The translations under genes and the position numbers were made by a program. Source: Mobula birostris (lineage: Eukaryota). From it: a DNA stretch of 64,000 nucleotides. Positions 13,538 to 24,299 of this stretch are shown one piece after another (the first letter of the stretch is position 1; every line of letters starts with the position of its first letter). The stretch lies in NCBI RefSeq assembly GCF_030028105.1, contig NC_092398.1, positions 28,738,424 through 28,802,423 on the forward strand, in the 5' to 3' direction. The notes below the pieces were generated by a model. The model was not told where the DNA came from. It did no database searches and was given only the letters and a program-made list of their open reading frames with translations.

Positions 13538-16500
13538 CTAGGAAAATCAGTAAAACTGGGGTCAGAAGATATTACAGCAGGGAGCAGTTTGGTCTCAGTT
13601 GGTCAGAATATATTACAGCAGACAGTTTAGATGAATATTGTGGGGGTGATCTCATTCAATCCTATCAAATATTGAAAGGCCAAAATAGTTTGGACATGGA
13701 GAGGGTGTTCCAAATACTGGGAGAGTCTCGGACCAGAGGACACAGCCTCAGAATAGGACAGAGATAAGAAGGAATTTCCTTAGCTAAATCCCTGGAATTC
13801 ATTGCCACATATTGCTCTGGAGGCCAAGTCATTGGTTATATTTAAAGGTGAAGTTTACAGGCTCTTAATTTTTAAGGGTGTCAAAGGTTACGGGGAGAAG
13901 GCAGAAATATCGGGTTGAGAGGATAACAAATCAGTCATGATCACATGCCAGAGCAGGCCCAATAGGCCAAATAGACAAATTCTGCTCCTATAATTTATGA
14001 TCTTATGGTGATCAGCATGGTCCAGTTGGGCTGAAGGGCCCATATCTGTATTACTCCATGACTGATGTAGAAAGGGGAGGTACTGGTCCTCACCAGGTTA
14101 CAGCAGGATTCTGTTCCTGCGAAACAATCGTAACCTGAATGGGTTGAAAATGTGAACCCAATCACCCAATCATGTGGCAGCAACTCGACGCAAAAAAAGC
14201 ATGCAGACATGGCCAAGAGGTCCAGTTGTTGTTGAAACCAAACATCAGAATGAGGAAGAAGTGTGATCTCAGTGACTTTGATCATGGAATCTGGTCAAAA
14301 TGGTACCTGCGTACTATGTCTACTCGGTCGACATCTATCAGAAGATTCATGAAAATGGTTATTTCACTTCTTTTACGTCTGCTTCTCATCTTAAACGTGT
14401 TTCTGGAACTGTTACGCATCTGTGATTTACAGTTTGAAGATCAACAGAGTGACCTAGTGCTTTTCTGTTTCAAAGAAAGTGAGTGCAAGCTTGAACGGCC
14501 TTAAAGTGAAACAGTTTAGAGGTGGTGCGCCAGCCAATGATAGACTCCATTTCACCGATTAAAGCATCGAGGAAGATTGAAATCAAGGCGAGTGCAGAAG
14601 GTAAGTGAGGGTTTAGCACTGAGTGCTGTTTGATCGCAGGGACGGATCTCTCTGTTGTCAGGTGAGTTGTGTAGTACCTTTCACTCACTGTTGCCGGAGG
14701 GTAGGCCTCTGTGTTTCAGTAGTCTCTCTATCTCTATCTCTCGACATTGGTCAGAGGATAATACTGGGGCTCTGCATTTATGGACTGGACTCTGGAGTTT
14801 TTCAGTCTTATGATTTTTATATTCTGTGTTTTCGGCAATTATTTCTCATTATTGTGTGGCGTGTTTTGTTAGTTCTTTGTGTGAAAGAAAGGAGTTTGGG
14901 GTTTGATGTTCTTGTTCTTGACAGCTTTTTTTTGTGTGGTGTGGGCTTTGATGTTTATCTTTGAATGATTTCTGTGCATTTCTTTGTACTGTGGCTATCT
15001 GGAGAAGACGAATCTCGGAGTTGTATACTGAGTACATAATTTCATAATAAATGAACCTTTGAACGATTGTTGATGCCTGACGGGGTGATTTGAGTATCTC
15101 AGAGACTGTTGAGCTTCTGGGATTATCCGGCACGAGTCTCTAGAGTTTACAGTGAATACTGTGAGAAAAAAAAAGACAACACCAAACATCTATTGAGTGG
15201 CAGTTGTGGGCGAAAACACCTTGTCAGTGAGATTTCAGAGGAGAATGGCCAGACTGGTTCACGCTAGCGGATGAGCTACAGCAGCATAAGACCACGACCT
15301 TACACTCAATGGTCACTTTATTATGTAGAGGAGGTGCCTGATAAAGTGGCCACTGAGTGTATAATATAGTGTTGGACAGAGTGTGAACCAGATCATCACC
15401 AGCACACTGCACCCCAAATTACTCAGACTCTGAGCCTTACCCCAAACTGCATGCAGCTTGCCAGGGATGCTCAAATGCTTGATTTCACAAGTGTAAGTGT
15501 CACCCTTCCCGGGGTCAATGTTGACCTGTAGCCGGACTTGGAACGTCCCATCCCGGTTGGGTAAAATGCTTGTATTTAGCACTTCCTGATCGATTCCTTC
15601 ACCATTCCGCAGCCACATTACGTGGATATCCTTGGGATAAAATCCATGTACTTGGCATGTCAGGGCCAAGGTATTCTCTCTGTTCTTCATGTGTCTTGAG
15701 GTTATTGTGATAGTCGGCTTCACTGCAGTGGACAGAAACACATTGAAGCTGAACTTGGTTACAGGATCAGAAAAAGTAAAGAGTAACGGAATTTCAAAGT
15801 TCAAAGTATGCTTATTATTAAAACATCTATACATTATACAGCCTTGAGATTCCACCATGATAGAATGGCAGACTAGACTCGATGGACTAAATGGCCTATC
15901 TCTGAAGGCTAAAACCCTTTAATCTTGCACCCTTGGGACCTGACTGACACTGGACCATAGGAATTGTCTCCTTTAGTCCTAGTCTCGGCCCAAAGTGTGT
16001 GTGTGTGTGTGTGTGTGTTGCTCTGGATTTCTACCACTTGAAGAATCTTTAGTGTTTAGAAACTGTCCCCTGGGTCATTTGCCACTGACCAGGGGGATGG
16101 TTCTTTCAGACACTCCCAATTCACACAAGGGTTTCAAGAACTGTTGGCAACCCAGAGTTTCTGTAAGGTGGAAATACTGCTGGCCGAGAAATCAAAAGTT
16201 GAATTGGGAGGTTAATTAGCTACAGGTTAGTGCAGATCAGAATCAGGTTTGATATCAATAACATACACCCAGTGTCCACTTTACTAGGTACACCAGCTCA
16301 TTAATAAAAATATCTAATCAGCCAATCATGTGGCAGCAATGCAATGCATCAAAGCATGCTGGCATGGTCAAGAGGTTCAGTGGTGACAGACCAAACATCA
16401 GAATGAGGAAGGAATATGATTTAAGTGACTTTGACTGTGGACAAGGTGGGGTAGCTCAGAAACTGCTGATCTCTTGAGATTTTCACACATGACAGTCTCT

Positions 16501-18756
16501 AGAATTAACAAAGAATGGTGTGACAAAGAAAAAAACATCCAGTGAGCGGCAGTTTTGTGGGTGAAAACGCCTTGTTAATGAGAGAGGTCAGAGGAGAATG
16601 GTCCGGACTGGTTCAATCGAACAGGAAGACAACAAGAACTCTAATCAGCACGTGTTACAACAGTGGTGTGCAGAAGAGCAACTCTGAATGCCTTAAAGTG
16701 GATGGGCTACGGCAACAGAAGACAACGAACATACACTCAGTGGCCAATTTAGTAGGCACAGGAGATACCCAATAAAGTAGCGACGGACTGTGAGGTCGTG
16801 AAATTTGTTGTTTTGCATAAAAATACAAATTACTAGAATAAAGATTTAAATTAAATTAGGTCAAATAGAGAGCAAAAATAGTGCGTTTATGTTCATGGAC
16901 TGTTCATAAATCAGATGGCAGAAGGGAAGAAGCTCTTCCTGAATCACTGAGTGCGTGCCTTCAGGCTCCTGTACCTCCTCTCTGATCGCTCCTTGAAGAT
17001 TCCTGAACGCTAAGGAGGCTAGTGTCCATGATGGAACTGATTGAGCTCACAACTTTCTGCAGCTTCTTTCAATACATTGCCGTCTCTGCACCCCGCCCCA
17101 TATGCCGCCAGCTAGAATGCTCTCCACGGTACATCTGTAGAAATTTGAGCAAATCTTTGGTGGCATATCAACCTTCCTCAAGCTCCTAATGAGATTGAGC
17201 TGCTGTCGTGCTACCTTCGTAACTGTCTCAATATGTAGGGCCCAGGATAGATCCCCAGAGCTATTGACAACTAGGAACTTGAAATTGCTCACTCTCTCCA
17301 CTTCCGACCCCTCTTTGAGGACGGGTGTTTGTGTGTTCCCTTGTCTTGTCCTTTCTGTCAAGCTATGGCACAAAGCCTGTTTGAACATCACATTGACAAC
17401 AAACTTACTAGTCAGAGCTCGAATGGCATTGCGAATTCGTGGCGCAATAACCTCAAGGATGTGGATAACTTGACTCATAGCCTTTCTGTTGTTGTTCAGT
17501 ATGTCCAAGTAAGGCTGTACAAGCGGATTGACAGCCACAGCCTTTGCTATGTTGCAATCAAAATGAACGAACTCTTCGCCATTGTAAGCATATATCTCCA
17601 GACTGCCAAAATATAGAGTTACTTGAGCGATGCGCATCCCTGGGAAGCAAACAATAATCGATCCATTAGCCACTTGTGAGAGAGGAATGGCGCAGTTTAA
17701 AACCTTAAAATTTAATCGAATTGAAACAGCAAATTTGTCTCTTCCCTTTCTGTGGATACCACACAATGAAAAGGTACCATTCCACCTATGTTTTTACCAG
17801 AACCACCTCTCCCTCCCACTATAAAACTCCAATAATACAGTAGACTTGGGATTCGGTCGTGCTGGGTAAGCAAATCCTTCACCTTCACTCACTGCATCCA
17901 CCTCCCTCAGTTCCGTGCCCACATTCCCACCTACCCCCTCGACCAAACCCCTCTCTTCACCCTCAACGCCTACCTCTCTCTCAATCTCCCTGTCCAAATC
18001 GATACATACCCTCGAAAGGCCCCTCCCTCAACACTCCTTCCACAGATATCTTTACTCACCATCTGCACCAAACTCTTCATCTACGCCCTCAGCACCCCGC
18101 CCTCTCTCGCTATCCACCCGCGGCGATCACTTTCCTCCCACTACAAACACCTTTGCTGCCCCCTCTCCACCTTCACTCCCTTGGCCCCCACTCTCCTTCG
18201 GAGACGCCTCTCCTCCCCTCAATCGACGCCCTCTCCCATTCCCACCCTCCATATGCGCCGCCTCCACCCCGCCCCACCCTCTCTCCCTAGGTGCCCGTTA
18301 CCATCCGCTCCCCACCCTCCCTCGCTGCCTACTCCCCTCTCCACCCGATCATCTTTCGGTGTCCCCTCCCTTCCTCAGTGCTCCTCTCCCAGTGCTACCT
18401 CCCCTCCCTTCCTCGGTGCCCCTCTCCTCCCGACTCTACATCTCTGCCCCCTCCCCTCTTTCGTTGATCGCTCCCGTACCCTCCTCATCCTCCTTCGGTG
18501 ACCCCTCGGCCTTACCCTCCCTTGGTGCCTCGGTGCCCTCTCCATTCTCCTCCCCTACCCACCCTATCCTCCCTCGGTGCCTCTTTACTTCCCCACCCGC
18601 CCTCGGTGCTCCCACTCCGCCCGGGCTGCGCCTCTCACCTAGGGTGGGAGAGCCGTTGAGGAGGAGGAGGAAGGCGGCGAGCAAGGTGGGAGAGCGGCGT
18701 CGCCTCACGCCGGCTAGCTGGCTCACGGTTCGAAGAGACGGCATCATTACCCCCAT
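13436..18756 (-). CDS. WB: MHC gene with class II-type exon architecture and class I alpha3-type Ig domain; probable W-category beta chain. Four exons identified; cytoplasmic tail exon uncertain.
   Basis: Exons 18639-18756, 17409-17672, 15441-15722 and 13436-13537 join in frame through phase-1 GT-AG introns (766 nt, no stops). They give leader + one groove domain + one Ig C1 domain + TM. No second groove-domain exon is visible in introns 1 or 2. Confidence 0.8.
13600..14060 (+). mobile_element. CR1 LINE 3' fragments in MHC intron 3
   Basis: GDLIQSYQILKG..GESRTRGHSLRI motif. Confidence 0.7.
15441..15722 (-). CDS. MHC exon 3, C1-set Ig domain (94 codons), class I alpha3-like
   Basis: LTCQVHGFYPKDIHVMWLRNGE...ILPNRDGTFQ...DTYTCEIKHLS. 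Both canonical Cys and the Trp are present. Acceptor cactgcag|TG, donor G|GTAAGG. Confidence 0.92.
15995..16018. repeat. (GT)12 microsatellite in MHC intron 2
   Basis: Direct reading. Confidence 0.95.
17409..17672 (-). CDS. MHC exon 2, class II beta1-like groove domain (88 codons; alternative acceptor at 17639 gives 77 codons)
   Basis: LEIYAYNGEEFVHFDCNIAKAVAVNPLVQPYLDILN aligns without gaps to the class II beta1 pattern [36 protein letters not shown]. Acceptor ctctctcacaag|TG, donor A|GTAAGT. Confidence 0.8.
17820..18610. repeat. Low-complexity C/T-rich tract (G-rich on the MHC sense strand) filling intron 1
   Basis: Runs of C throughout and several degenerate CTCGGTGCC motifs. Explains the overlapping Pro/Ser-rich ORFs. 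Confidence 0.85.
18639..18756 (-). CDS. MHC exon 1, signal peptide MGVMMPSLRTVSQLAGVRRRRSPTLLAAFLLLLNGSPTL
   Basis: ATG at 18756, basic stretch followed by hydrophobic core LLAAFLLLL, donor G|GTGAGA in phase 1, CpG-rich context. Confidence 0.75.
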
Positions 18757-18925
18757 CTCTTCCGCCGCGGACTGAGAACCTCGTTGCCTCTCGTTGCCTT
18801 TCCGTCCGACGCCCTGAACCGACTGCCAGCCGGCAGGTCCCGTAACTGGAGACGATGGTTGTAGAAGTTTCCCCTGCTGTGTGGGCGGCCGCTGCCACAG
18901 ACAGGTGGGGCGGGGCGGGACCAAC
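18757..18925 (-). promoter_or_regulatory. CpG-rich proximal promoter/5' UTR of the MHC gene with GC boxes
   Basis: GGGGCGGGGCGGG at 18907-18919. Tandem GGCAAC half-sites (+ strand GTTGCC at 18783 and 18793). High CpG density compared with the rest of the window. Confidence 0.5.
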
Positions 18926-20819
18926 GCCTTCCATTTCCAAATGGCGCTTTATTCTCAACACTAGTTGAGAGGGAAGGTGATTGGGATACTAGGTGAGGGG
19001 CAAGGTGGGTGGGATATCAGGTGAGCGATAAGATGGGTGGTAGGAGAAGTGAGGATACCAGGTGAAAAGGGTTAGTAAGTGAGGCGGATGGTAGTTGGAT
19101 GGATAGTTGATGGAGCAATGCATGTGAGGGGGAAGGTGTGAGGCTGGTTCATTTTCTATTCCTATCAGATTTCTTATTCCTCAGCCATTAACCTTTTCCA
19201 CCAATCACCTTTCAGCTTCTTATCTCGAAACCTCAACCCATCCCATCCACCTTCCCCCACTCCTGGTCTCACCTATCACCTGCAGGGATGTACACCTTCC
19301 CCACCTCCCACCTTCTTACTCTGGCTTCTACCTTCACCATCCGCCCCCCTCCCTTTCATTTCCAGTCTCTTATGAAGGTTCTTGGCTTCTCGAGACATTG
19401 CCTGACCTGATGGGTTCCTCTGACATATTGTGTGTTTTACGTAAATATAGCATCTTTGAAGACGTTGCATGCCAATTAAGTGTGTCATCAAATGCGACGT
19501 TGAGGTGCTAATGGTGATAGTTGCAAAGGTCAACAGATGTTTGAAGAAAGAGGTAGCTAAGCTACTTAGAACTTCATTTCATTCACTGAACTTCATTTTG
19601 AAGAGCCTTTTCTGTCCCAGTGTATCATGTGATTTGGATGGCGTATTTTGAAGTTCAAAGTAAAATTTATTATCAGAGTACATACCTGTCACCACATACA
19701 GCACTGTGATCCTTTATCTGTGGGCATACTTAGAAAATCTATAGAACAGTAACTGTAAACAGGATCTGTAAACTGTAAAGATCAGGAACTGGCAACTGTG
19801 AATAAACTGGGCAACTTGTTTCAGTCAGAACAAGGGGAAGTAAACTCAGTGGCTACCTTATTACCTGCAGTTGGTACCTAATAAGGCAGCAGCCATAGTA
19901 CATCCACTTCGAGGTTCGATGTTTTGTGCATTCAGAGATGATTTTCTGTACACCACGCATGGTTATTTAAGTTACTGTCGGCTTGAACCAGTCTGGCCTT
20001 TCTCCTTTGACCCCTTTCATTAAGACATCTTCTGGTTTGCCCACAGAACTGATATGACTGGATGTTTTTTTTTGTTTTCGGACCATTCTGTGTCAACTCT
20101 AGAGACGATTGTGAATATCCCATGAGATCAGCAGTTTCCGAGACTTTCAAACCACCCTATGTGGTACCAACAATCATTCCATTTTCAAAGTCACTTAGCT
20201 CACATTTCTTCCCCCCATTCTGATGTTTGGTCTGAACAACAACTGAGTCTCTTGACCATCTCTACATGCTTTTATACATCGAGTTACTGCTACATGATTG
20301 GCTGCATTAACGAGCAAATGTACAGGTATAGCAAAGAAGTACATAATATTAAACAAACTGTGATATTGCAATGTAACTCTTGCTTTGGCTAGCAGCTTAA
20401 TAGAGGGGGTGATAGCCCCCGGCGCAGCCAAACTTAAGAAATCTCATTTGGGTGGACGCTATGTGATGTGCCCCTAGAGCTGCAACAATGTGCTCTTTAT
20501 TTTTTTTAAAGCTGCATAGACCAACAATTGTTCTGAGCAGGAAATTTTTACAAGGCCTGAAAACTGTATGTGATAGCTTGAATGTTATTTTTTCTTTAGT
20601 ATGTATATTATTGAATACTGAGAATGAAAATTGAAAAATCACATACTTTTTATTTATTAACTGAAGGGTATAATGTAATACAGTACAACAAAGAAAATCT
20701 TTTATGTTTCATAAACCTTTTTTGTCTTCTTTTCTTCCAGCTGCACGGCAACGAAGGCTATGTGTGTGGGAGCATTTCAGTTACACCACGGCTGTGCACC
20801 CTTGCAGCTTAGATGGAAA

Positions 20820-21600
20820 GGTGCCTTAGACAGATTAGGAGAATAGGCAGAGAAGTGGCAGATGGCATACAATGTAGGGAAGTGTATGCTCTTTCACTTT
20901 GGTAGAAGGAATAAGGGTATTGGCTGTTTTCTAAATGGGAAGAAAATTCAGAAAACAGGGGCACGAAAGGACTTGGTAGTTCTCGTGCAAGATTTCCCGA
21001 ACGTTAACTTGCAGGTTGAGTCATTACTAAGGAAGGCAAATACAATATTGACATTCATTTCAAGAACGATGGAAGATAAAAACAAGGATGTAATGCTGAG
21101 GGTTTATAAGGCATTGGCCAGACCACATTTGGAATATTGTGAGCAGTTTTGGGGCCCTTATCCGAAAGGATGTGACGGTATTGAAGAGGCTCCAGAGGAA
21201 GTTCAGGAGAATGATACCGGGAATGAAAGGGTTAACTAATAGCTGAACCTGTGTTTGCTGGAGTTTAGAAGAATGAGTGGAGATCTCATTGAGACCTCCA
21301 GTGGACGTGGATGCTTCCAATAGTGAGAGAATCTAGGACCAAAGGGCACAGCCTTTAGAACACAAATGAGGAGATATTTCTTTATCCAGAGAGTGGAATT
21401 CATTGCCACAGACAGCCGTGAAGGCCAGATCATTGGGTATATTTAAAGAGAGGTTGATAGGTTCTTGATTAGTAAGGGCGTCAAAGGTTATGCGGAGAAG
21501 GCAGGAGAACGGGGTTGATTGGAAAAATAGATTAACCTTGATGAAATGGTGGAGAGGATTCGATAGACTGAATGGCCTAATTCTGCTTCTGTGTATTATG
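20820..21600 (+). mobile_element. CR1 LINE 3' fragment
   Basis: KWQMAYNVGKC..LRVYKALARPHLEYCEQFWGPY. Confidence 0.8.
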
Positions 21601-22431
21601 GAAACCTCAGGGTAATAGTTGAATAAGTGAACAAATAGGGAACTAGCATCATAAAGGACCAGAGGGACACAGATACTGTATTATGGGTGATAATTTTAAG
21701 AGGTGCTGCCACTGAACACTAGGTGGTGTAAGAGACCAGAGATGAGGTAGGTGTCTTCACTGGAATTCCACAAAGTGCATCGTCAGCCCCCTGCTCCCTG
21801 TACACTCACGACCTCCTGGCCGGATTCTGCTCGAACCCCACCCACAAGTTTGCAGATGAGACCACTGTGGCGGGCTGGATCTCAGATACCAATGAGAGGA
21901 AGTGGAGGAAAAAAAGAGAGAGTCCAGGGGCGGACGGATCCGCGCTAACAACCTCTCCCCGACTGTCGGGAGAACGAAAGAGCTGGTCCTTGACTTCGGG
22001 AAGGGAGCGGCGCACGCACTCCTATTTACAGCACCGGTGCCGGGGTGGAGGGCTGAAAATTTTTAGTAGAGAACATTATCAATAAGTTCTTCTGTTCCAA
22101 CCACATAGATGCCGCAGCCAAGAAAGCGCACCATCTCTTCTATGTGCTCTGGAGACTAAAGAAATTTGTCTGCTCCCTTTGTACCTTCACCAATTTTTAT
22201 CGATGCATCATGGAAAGCATCTTATTTGGATGCATTATGGTTTGGTTCGGCAACTTTTCTTCCTGAGGTCTGACACCTGACAATGCAGGAAATCACGGGA
22301 GCTGGTCCTAACTGCTCTGTGTCCGAAGATCAATGAAGAGTTTGAACCGCAGCACGAAAATTATTTGCAGTTCCATGAACACCAGAGCAGCACGTATAGT
22401 AGTCGTGATCGGTGCAGACTCTGGACCTTAC

Positions 22432-22687
22432 TCCAAACTGCGCTCAGTCTCTCCAGGACACTCCTGTACTCCAGTTGAGAATTGTAGGTGTTCGCCACCT
22501 GCTGGAGTCAACGCCGGCATGAAATCTACGTTGGAATCTCCTGTGCTGCTTTGGTAAAATCCTTCGCCATTCCGCAGCCACGCTGTGTTAACGTCGCTTG
22601 GGTAAAATCCATCCACTCTGTACATCAGGACGAAGGGCTTTACTCCCACGTTCAGCTGTGTTAACGTTATGGTGATGGAACGTTTCG
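22432..22687 (-). pseudogene. Decayed paralog of the MHC Ig exon (exon 3)
   Basis: KRSITIT...VLMYRVDGFYPSDVNTAWLRNGEG matches exon 3. Acceptor AG is mutated to GG, the exon is 26 nt shorter with frameshifts, and both Cys codons are lost (TAC, TCT). The donor GTAAGG and flanking intron motifs are retained. Confidence 0.85.
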
Positions 22688-22714
22688 CCGCAGTGGAGAG
22701 AAACCATAAGACAC

Positions 22715-23535
22715 AGGAGCAGAATTCAAAGGTCCAATTTAATGTGTACAATATACATCCTGAAATGCTTTTTCTTCGCAAACATCCACGAAATCAGAGA
22801 AGTGCCCCCAAGAATGAACGACAGTTAAACGTCAGAACCCCAAAGTCTCCTCCCCCCAGTTCCCCCCTCCCGCGCGTAAGCGGCAGCAAGCAACGATCCC
22901 CCTCCCCCCACCAGTGAAAAAAAAAACCCGCATCCGTACCATCATAGAGCCCAAGCGTGTGCTAAGCAATAGAGTTGACATGGGCAAAGTTACCCCAAAG
23001 GCTTTGCATTTCTCCCATTCGACAAACAGCAGGTTCTCTCTCTCCCTGGCAAGGGAAAGGGAGGTGTCCCCCCATTTTCACAGTGAGTGGGAGACATAAC
23101 AACAACCCGCTGTTTATGATCGTAAAAATCCGTTTCTTCGTTTTTTTCGAGCTCTGTGTCCGAAGATTCGCGAAGACCACCGGTTTCGGGCCCACAGCGT
23201 AAGACTTTCCGACCACCCCGACGACACACGAGTCTCCAGCCGTGGCAACGACCCTCGATCCGCCCATCTCCAGAGCCCCGAGATCTTAGGCTTCCGAACA
23301 CGATCGAAATTCTCAGGTCAAACCCTTGTCAAACCGAATAACGGCCAGTTGTGGACCCCGAGAGCTGGTCCCATTCCCGCAAAAAACCGAAGCCTATGTT
23401 TAACCAGGTCAGGGCCTTCAAAAGAATCCTGAAAGAGAAAAATAAAGATATTACAGGTAGAAATAGAGCTGTTTCCGAAGATGCGAGCAAAGGAGTCGCC
23501 GTTAGGCGCCATTATCCCTCCTAAGCTCCGCCTTC
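22715..23535 (-). mobile_element. CpG-rich non-autonomous retroelement just upstream of the MHC pseudo-exon
   Basis: Sharp compositional boundaries, unmutated CpGs, no conserved ORF. Resembles dispersed batoid repeats (recognition only, not searched). Confidence 0.45.
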
Positions 23536-24299
23536 AACTTGGCCCATTGCATCTGCTCTGCCAAACCACCATGGCTGATCTATTATCCCTCTCAACCTCA
23601 TTCTCCTGCCTTATCCCCAGAGCTTTTGACACAATTACTAATCAAGAACCTCGCAACTTCTGCTTTAAACATACTCAATGACTTGACCTCCTCAGCTGTT
23701 TGTGACAATGAATTTCACAAATTCGGCACCCTCTGGCGAAAGAAATTCCTCCTTATCTCTGTTCTAAAGGGACGCACTTTTATTCTGATGCAGTGCCTCG
23801 GTATTACTAAGAATGCTCAGTACAGGAGATGGAATATCATGTTATAGCATATTGGTAAGATCACTTCCATAGTGCTGAGGCTATGAAGACTGTCCCAGCT
23901 GCTGTGCTCCATGCCCGCTAACATGATGAACTGATAAACCAGGCTTTGGGCAGCTTCAGGGTTCGGATCTAAGGATCATTTTCGGTTTGGAATGCTGTTG
24001 TCTGCATGACTTCTTTTTTCTTTCTCCTGCGCATTGATTGTTTGTCTTTTTTATTTTTGTTCTTTTTTTCCTTAATTGGGTTCTTTCAGGTTCCTTGCTT
24101 TGTGGCTACGCATGATCAGGCAAATCTCAATGTTGTGTAATTTTTACATTCTTTGATAATAAATGCACTTTAATCTTGAATCAATGTACAGTTCTGGTTA
24201 CTCTCCTGTAGGAAGAATTTTATTAAATGAATAAGGTGCAAACAGAATGTTACCAAGACAAGAGGTTATAAGAAGCCAGATAGTCTGAGTCTATAACCT

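Noticed and set aside
14470-14688. Second TM-like ORF in MHC intron 3
   Set aside because: Acidic residues in the middle of the helix and no suitable splice sites.
13436-18756. Classical MHC class I heavy chain or ordinary class II beta
   Set aside because: Only one groove exon fits between the leader and the Ig exon (against class I). The Ig domain lacks the class II beta2 Trp in DWTFQ (against class II). Not formally excluded without a phylogeny.
17859-18961. Long Pro/Ser- or Gly-rich ORFs (up to 286 aa)
   Set aside because: Products of a low-complexity C-rich tract. Only the 118-nt leader exon is supported.
20740-20820. Candidate exon of an alpha-chain partner on the + strand
   Set aside because: The acceptor is plausible, but no frame resembles an MHC leader, alpha1, Ig or TM domain.
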